The notes under the pieces were generated by a model. The model saw only the letters and a list, made by a program, of their open reading frames with translations. It was not told the origin of the DNA and ran no database searches. Below are positions 44,533 through 49,401 of a DNA stretch of 49,401 bases, one piece after another. Source of the stretch: an uncultured Clostridium sp. Its GTDB lineage: Bacteria; Bacillota; Clostridia; TANB77; CAG-508. Each line of letters begins with the position of its first letter. Position 1 is the stretch's first letter. The stretch covers positions 1 to 49,401 of the forward strand of contig CAMNND010000002.1 in the NCBI GenBank assembly GCA_946545035.1, read 5' to 3'. The position numbers and the translations under genes are program-made.

Positions 44533-46026
44533 TTACTCCCTATGACCTCCAATCTGGCTATTTCTATCTATAGCAGTTCCACCTTCTTCAAAGTTCATTC
44601 CTTTTAATATTGCATTCTTACCATATTTTCTCTTTAGCTCTAATACTGTGCTTTGTAATTTTCGTTCCTGCTCTTCCTTGATTTTTTTCTTTTTAACAGC
44701 ATCATAATCTGTAAATAAATCTATCTGTTCATATTCAATCTTACCTTTAGCTTCAACTTCACTCTCAAGGTTATTTGCCGTTATATTTAATCTTCTAGTT
44801 AACAAGTCAGGGTTAATAATTCTTTCATATAATTCAACTACCGCTTCAGAGAGAATCTTAGTAGAAGCTGTTTTGTGATCTAAGTTAATAGTACCATGTG
44901 CATGTTTTGGAATCTTTCTTCCGTATCTATCAATTGTAATCTCTCCATTATATAATTTTTTTCCATCATTATTCACAAGATTTAAACTATTTACATCATA
45001 TCCAACTGTCAAAACTAACTGGTTTGTAACTAATCCTTTTCTAGTTAAATCAAGTGATAAGCCCTCTATCATTTCTTTTACAATTAATTTTGTTTTTTTA
45101 TAATCATATGGACAATGCAAAACTTGTCCAGAGCTTAAACAACTTGTTCTTGGTTTATATTCTCTTGCATCTTTTAAAGTACAAGGTTCCCATCCCCAAG
45201 CATGATCTATAAGAAGCTCTGCATTAACCCCCAATAATTTGTATAAAAGTTCCTCATTTTCAACAGAGCATTTTGCAATATCACCCATTGTGTAAATGCC
45301 TTTTGATTCAAGCCTTCTACGATATCCTGGGCCAACTCTCCAAAAATCTGTAATTGGCTTGTGCCCCCAAAGTAATCTTCTATATGATATTTCATCAAGC
45401 TCTGCAATTCTAACTCCGTCCTCATTTGCCGGCATATGTTTTGCAACAATATCCATAGCAATCTTACATAAATACATATTAGTTCCAATACCTGCAGTTG
45501 CAGTAATTCCTGTTGTGTTACAAACATCTTGTATCATTTTTGTGACAAGCTCTCTTGCACTCATTTTATATAGACTTAAATACTTTGTTACATCGCAAAA
45601 TATCTCATCTATAGAATATGGATAAATATCTTCTTTTGAAACATATTTAAGATATATACTATATATTTTCTTACTATATTCCATATATAGTCCCATTCTC
45701 GGTTTTGCTGCAATATAATTTAGTTTATAATCTTTATGTTTTTTTAGCTCTACATCATCAATTGATTCACCTATTAGTTTATGATTTGGAGCTCTTCGAA
45801 TTCTTTCGATATTTATATTTTTTACTTTCTGAATGACTTCAAAAAGTCTAGCTCTTCCAGGAATTCCATACTGCTTAAGCGAAGGACTAACAGCTAAGCA
45901 TATTGTTTTTTCTGTTCTTGAACTATCCGCTACAACTAGATTAGTCGTTAATGGATTTAATCCACGCTCAACGCATTCAACTGATGCGTAAAAGCTTTTT
46001 AAATCTATACATATAAAAATAGACAT
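44533..46026 (-). CDS. Y-family (UmuC/UvrX/PolY2-like) translesion DNA polymerase
   Basis: N-terminus IFICIDLKSFYASVECVERGLNP (the ImpB/UmuC catalytic Asp motif), YSIDEIFCDVT, and TATAGIGTNMYLCKIA (palm/finger motifs). Confidence 0.88.
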   Translation of the reverse strand: MSIFICIDLKSFYASVECVERGLNPLTTNLVVADSSRTEKTICLAVSPSLKQYGIPGRARLFEVIQKVKNINIERIRRAPNHKLIGESIDDVELKKHKDYKLNYIAAKPRMGLYMEYSKKIYSIYLKYVSKEDIYPYSIDEIFCDVTKYLSLYKMSARELVTKMIQDVCNTTGITATAGIGTNMYLCKIAMDIVAKHMPANEDGVRIAELDEISYRRLLWGHKPITDFWRVGPGYRRRLESKGIYTMGDIAKCSVENEELLYKLLGVNAELLIDHAWGWEPCTLKDAREYKPRTSCLSSGQVLHCPYDYKKTKLIVKEMIEGLSLDLTRKGLVTNQLVLTVGYDVNSLNLVNNDGKKLYNGEITIDRYGRKIPKHAHGTINLDHKTASTKILSEAVVELYERIINPDLLTRRLNITANNLESEVEAKGKIEYEQIDLFTDYDAVKKKKIKEEQERKLQSTVLELKRKYGKNAILKGMNFEEGGTAIDRNSQIGGHRE

Positions 46027-46053
46027 ACAGCATGACTCCTTTCGTTTTTGAGC

Positions 46054-46092
46054 ATTATATCATACCATATGCCTGTTGTAAACATCTGTTTG
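46054..46092 (-). promoter_or_regulatory. Sigma-A promoter with an overlapping LexA-box-like palindrome for the Y-polymerase/yolD operon
   Basis: On the minus strand: CAAACAGATGTTTA (46092-46079) overlaps the -35 TTTACA (46082-46077). A 17-nt spacer precedes TATAAT (46059-46054). An AAAGGAG RBS follows, then the ATG at 46026. Confidence 0.6.
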
Positions 46093-46093
46093 T

Positions 46094-46627
46094 TTATATC
46101 TCAATATCTTCATCTTCCCTTACATCTTTAATCTGGGCATTCATCATATTATTACGTTTTGCTCCATATATGTCATCAAATAAACTATCACCAACAACAA
46201 GTATATGGTCTGGTCTTACCCCCAATTTCTTACATGCTTTTCTAAAACCATGTTTAGCAGGTTTCATCGCCAAATATATATAATCTATTCCTATCGATTC
46301 AAAGTACTTTTGTACCTCACTATTCCATCCATTTGAAAGAACTATTACTTTAAAATTTTTTCTAATAAGATCTATCCATTGCATATTACATTTAGGTATC
46401 TTAATTGTCTTATTTAAAATTGTTTGGTCAACATCTAAAATAATTCCTTCAATTCCATAGTTTTCCTTAAAGTCCTTAATTCTATGCTCATCAATTTCTA
46501 AAATATTATTAAATTTCATATCTGGCACTATCATTTTAGCAAGAATAACTCCAGCAAATGACATCAATTTTTCTGCCAAATTATCTTCGAACTCTCTATA
46601 CTTTTTACAAATTTTTATTATTCCCAT
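46094..46627 (-). CDS. yqeG: HAD superfamily phosphatase, subfamily IIIA (YqeG-like)
   Basis: GIILDVDQTIL (the DxD nucleophile motif), VLSNG, AMKPAKHGF, and VVGDSLFDDIYGA. The layout is the same as B. subtilis YqeG. Confidence 0.8.
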   Translation of the reverse strand: MGIIKICKKYREFEDNLAEKLMSFAGVILAKMIVPDMKFNNILEIDEHRIKDFKENYGIEGIILDVDQTILNKTIKIPKCNMQWIDLIRKNFKVIVLSNGWNSEVQKYFESIGIDYIYLAMKPAKHGFRKACKKLGVRPDHILVVGDSLFDDIYGAKRNNMMNAQIKDVREDEDIEI

Positions 46628-46755
46628 TTACTACATCCTTTTCTTCTTAGGTTGTATAGTTTAGCATATTTTAATATTTTTTTCAAATAATTGATTAAAT
46701 GATTTTTTTTAGTGATATAATTCTTTAAGAACAAAAGATATTGGAGATGAATTTT

Positions 46756-49383
46756 ATGATGAGTGCAAGTAATAGTACTAAACAACAAAAGGAAGAGCTT
46801 ACCGCTCAAAAAATGTATGGCATGGAAGGAACACTTCCAAAAGATGAGTTTATTAAAGAATACCACGTTAATCTTAATGGACTTTCCTCTTCTGAGGTTC
46901 AGGAAAGAAAACAAAAATATGGCTTAAATGAAGTAAAAAGTAGTAGGCCTAAACGTTGGTATAATTATCTGTTAGAAAGTCTACTTAGTCCATTTAATTG
47001 TATCTTGCTTGGAATAGTTGCAGTTTTATTTTACACAGATGTTTACCTTCCGGAAACACCAAGTTATGCCAATATAATTGTAATTATAATTCTTGTTACA
47101 GCTAGCACACTTTTAGAATTTTTTGAGGAATTTCGTTCAAATAAAGCCGCTGAAAAATTAAAAGAGCTAGTTGCAACTACAACAATTGTTATCCGTGATG
47201 GAAAAGAGATTGAAATTCCTATAAAAGATATTGTAATCGGAGATATTGTAATTTTAAATGCTGGCAGTATGATTCCTGCTGATTTAAGAATATTAGAATC
47301 TAAAGATTTATATGTAGGACAATCTGCTTTGACTGGAGAGTCAGATGCCGTAAGAAAACTAGCAACTACTAACTTAAAATCTGAAGAAATATCAAGTATA
47401 TCTGATTTAGATACAATTTGTTTTATGGGAACAAATGTAATTAGTGGCTCTGCCAAATGCGTTGTTATAAAGACTGCAAATAATACTTACTTTGGTAAAA
47501 TTGCAAAAACACTTTCTAGTAATAAACAAAAATCCTCATTCCAGAAAGGTATTGAAGGAATCAGTAAATTACTTATTAAGTTTATGATTGTTCTAACCCC
47601 AATTGTATTCATACTAAATGTATGGAAGCATGCACCGGTAACAGCTTTCACATTTGCAGTAGCTATAGCAATTTGTATAACACCTCTTCTACTCCCTGTT
47701 ATACTGTCATCAAGCCTTTCAAAAGGTGCTGTAAAAATGTCAAAAAAGAAAACCATTGTAAAAAAACTTGATTCTATTGAAAGTTTCGGTGGAATGAATA
47801 TTTTATGCACTGATAAAACAGGAACTTTAACAGAAGACAGAATCGTTCTTGAAAAATATTTAGACATTAACGGAAATGAAGATTTAAGAATATTAAAACA
47901 CGCATTTTTAAATTCCTATTTTCAAACTGGACTTCGCGATAATATTGATGAAGCTGTTGTTAAGAGAGCACTTTCAAATGATATGTCAGAATATATTGAT
48001 AAATATAAATTAGTAGATGAAATTCCGTTTGATTTCACAAGACGACGCTTATCTGTAATCGTTTCAGATGGAAATAAAAAACAAATGATTACTAAGGGTG
48101 CTGTTGAGGAAATACTTGAGCTCTGTACAATGGTTGACTATAAGGGTCAAGTATCCCCAATTACAAATAAAATAAAAGAAAATATAAAACAAATTTCTAA
48201 GAACTTAAATAAAGATGGCCTACGAGTAATCGCTGTTTGTCAAAAAAATAACTTAAGAGACACAAATATATTTAATGTTGATGATGAAAAAGATATGGTA
48301 TTACTTGGGTTTATTGGATTTCTTGATCCACCAAAGGAATCTGCCAAAGTAGCTATAGAAAAACTAAACAAGTCTGGAATTAGAGTTATCGTTCTTACCG
48401 GAGACAATGCCGAAGTTACAAGGTGTATATGTAAAAAAGTTGGTATAAATTCTGATGAGATAGTTGAAGGAAATCAAATAGAACAACTTGAAGACAGAGG
48501 TGTAATTAGACTTTTAAAGAAAACAAATATATTTGTTAAACTCTCTCCTATTCAAAAAGCAAGAATTGTCAGACTATTAAAAGAATCTGGAAATGTCGTC
48601 GGTTATATGGGTGATGGAATAAATGATGCCCCATCACTTACAAATTCAGATGTTGGTATCTCAGTTGATACAGCAGTGGATATTGCAAAAGAATCAGCTG
48701 ATATAATTCTTCTTGAAAAAGATTTACAGGTACTGTTAGATGGTGTTACAGAAGGAAGAAAAACATTCTGCAACTTGATGAAATATATAAAAATGGCAAC
48801 AAGCTTTAATTTTGGTGAAGTTATGTCTGTAATAATTGCAAGTGTTCTTCTACCATTTTTACCAGAGACGCCTATTCAATTACTAGTTGAAGGATTGCTA
48901 TATGATTTTGGACAACTAACACTCCCATTTGATAATGTTGATAAAGAGTATTTAAAGAAACCAAGACAATTCAATCTAAAAAGTCTTAAAAACTTTATGC
49001 TATTTATGGGACCATTAAGTTCAATATTTGATTTGATTGTATTTGCATTTTTATGGTTTGTATTTGGATTAAGAGAAGCTGCTTTATTCCAAACAATTTG
49101 GTTTACTTACAGTATCGTTTCAAATCTACTTGGAATGCATATTATTAGAACTCAAAAGAAACCATTTATCGAGAGTAACGCTCATAAATTTGTGTATTTT
49201 TCATCTATATTACTAATCATAGTAGGAGTCTTAATTCCTTATACATGGCTTGGTAATATAATTGGACTTGTTCCAATCCCTCTAAAATATATGTCGGTTA
49301 TATTTGGTGTACCTATTTTATATTGTTTTGTAGCATTAATTGCTAAAAAAATCTACATTAAAAAATATGGAGAATGGATTTAA
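46756..49383 (+). CDS. mgtA: Magnesium-importing P-type ATPase
   Basis: CTDKTGTLT phosphorylation site, TGES, MGDGINDAP, KGAVEEIL, and 10-TM topology. Size and N-terminus are typical of MgtA/MgtB. GGAG at 46743-46746 best serves the ATG at 46756; the ORF track begins at 46741. Confidence 0.92.
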   Translation: MMSASNSTKQQKEELTAQKMYGMEGTLPKDEFIKEYHVNLNGLSSSEVQERKQKYGLNEVKSSRPKRWYNYLLESLLSPFNCILLGIVAVLFYTDVYLPETPSYANIIVIIILVTASTLLEFFEEFRSNKAAEKLKELVATTTIVIRDGKEIEIPIKDIVIGDIVILNAGSMIPADLRILESKDLYVGQSALTGESDAVRKLATTNLKSEEISSISDLDTICFMGTNVISGSAKCVVIKTANNTYFGKIAKTLSSNKQKSSFQKGIEGISKLLIKFMIVLTPIVFILNVWKHAPVTAFTFAVAIAICITPLLLPVILSSSLSKGAVKMSKKKTIVKKLDSIESFGGMNILCTDKTGTLTEDRIVLEKYLDINGNEDLRILKHAFLNSYFQTGLRDNIDEAVVKRALSNDMSEYIDKYKLVDEIPFDFTRRRLSVIVSDGNKKQMITKGAVEEILELCTMVDYKGQVSPITNKIKENIKQISKNLNKDGLRVIAVCQKNNLRDTNIFNVDDEKDMVLLGFIGFLDPPKESAKVAIEKLNKSGIRVIVLTGDNAEVTRCICKKVGINSDEIVEGNQIEQLEDRGVIRLLKKTNIFVKLSPIQKARIVRLLKESGNVVGYMGDGINDAPSLTNSDVGISVDTAVDIAKESADIILLEKDLQVLLDGVTEGRKTFCNLMKYIKMATSFNFGEVMSVIIASVLLPFLPETPIQLLVEGLLYDFGQLTLPFDNVDKEYLKKPRQFNLKSLKNFMLFMGPLSSIFDLIVFAFLWFVFGLREAALFQTIWFTYSIVSNLLGMHIIRTQKKPFIESNAHKFVYFSSILLIIVGVLIPYTWLGNIIGLVPIPLKYMSVIFGVPILYCFVALIAKKIYIKKYGEWI

Positions 49384-49401
49384 AATTAAAAGGAAGAGCT
49401 A

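Noticed and set aside
46628-46755. Looked for an M-box (Mg2+) riboswitch upstream of mgtA
   Set aside because: The whole divergent intergenic region is about 125 nt and must hold two promoters. There is no room for an M-box of about 160 nt and no extended paired structure.
46618-46914. 98-aa minus-strand ORF spanning the yqeG-mgtA intergenic region and the mgtA 5' end
   Set aside because: It overlaps the start of the well-supported mgtA gene and the divergent promoter region. It has no RBS, and its product (F/L/K-rich) looks non-genic.
1-49401. Searched by eye for CRISPR arrays, rRNA/tRNA genes, IS elements with terminal inverted repeats, and prophage genes
   Set aside because: All intergenic regions are 225 nt or shorter and are accounted for by promoters and terminators. 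I found no regularly spaced direct repeats, no tRNA-like cloverleaf candidates, and no transposase, integrase or recombinase-like ORFs.

Overview
This window reads as a low-GC chromosomal segment of Firmicutes/Clostridia type. The 60-nt lines I hand-counted mostly fall between 22 and 35% G+C. I support 36 protein-coding genes, 31 of them on the minus strand. I found no rRNA, tRNA, CRISPR array, transposase or integrase.

Most of the window is core housekeeping:
- mtaB, a class B sortase, and leuS
- an LCP-family wall-polymer ligase
- a tightly packed DNA-repair operon, ogg-addB-pgeF-udg
- a yabE-like G5/3D protein, tatD and acpS
- an SPFH/zinc-ribbon pair
- an SOS-box-preceded SbcD/SbcC-like (YhaO/YhaN-type) pair
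- smc, gdpP, an AI-2E transporter, an M23 peptidase and cwlD
- a cyclophilin lipoprotein
- an SOS-controlled Y-family polymerase with a YolD-like partner
- a yqeG-like HAD phosphatase and mgtA

The most interesting part is a four-gene accessory islet at about 39.2-43.2 kb, between cwlD and the cyclophilin gene:
- a HipA-like kinase system split into a kinase-core gene followed by a translationally coupled gene for a HipA N-subdomain (HipS-like). This order is reversed relative to HipA and hipBST, and no HipB-type HTH gene is present.
- a divergently transcribed VirD4/TraG coupling-protein-like gene whose Walker A and Walker B positions look degenerate and which has no membrane anchor
- a convergent three-TM membrane protein of unknown function

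Other items worth a second look:
- an orphan acidic protein with a Cys-rich tail, its own promoter and terminator, and moderately elevated GC (6677-7261)
- a 1290-aa thioester-domain adhesin and a second surface protein, both with non-LPXTG sorting signals (SVKTG and MPQTG) that fit the class B sortase
- an SMC-like ATPase whose coiled-coil apex is replaced by a two-TM hairpin
- addB without an adjacent addA
- an open frame with no start codon that would fuse to the HExxH protein gene through a 1-nt shift in an A6 run
- a terminator hairpin that contains the cwlD ribosome-binding site

Every functional call rests on motif and pattern recognition by eye. No database search was run.
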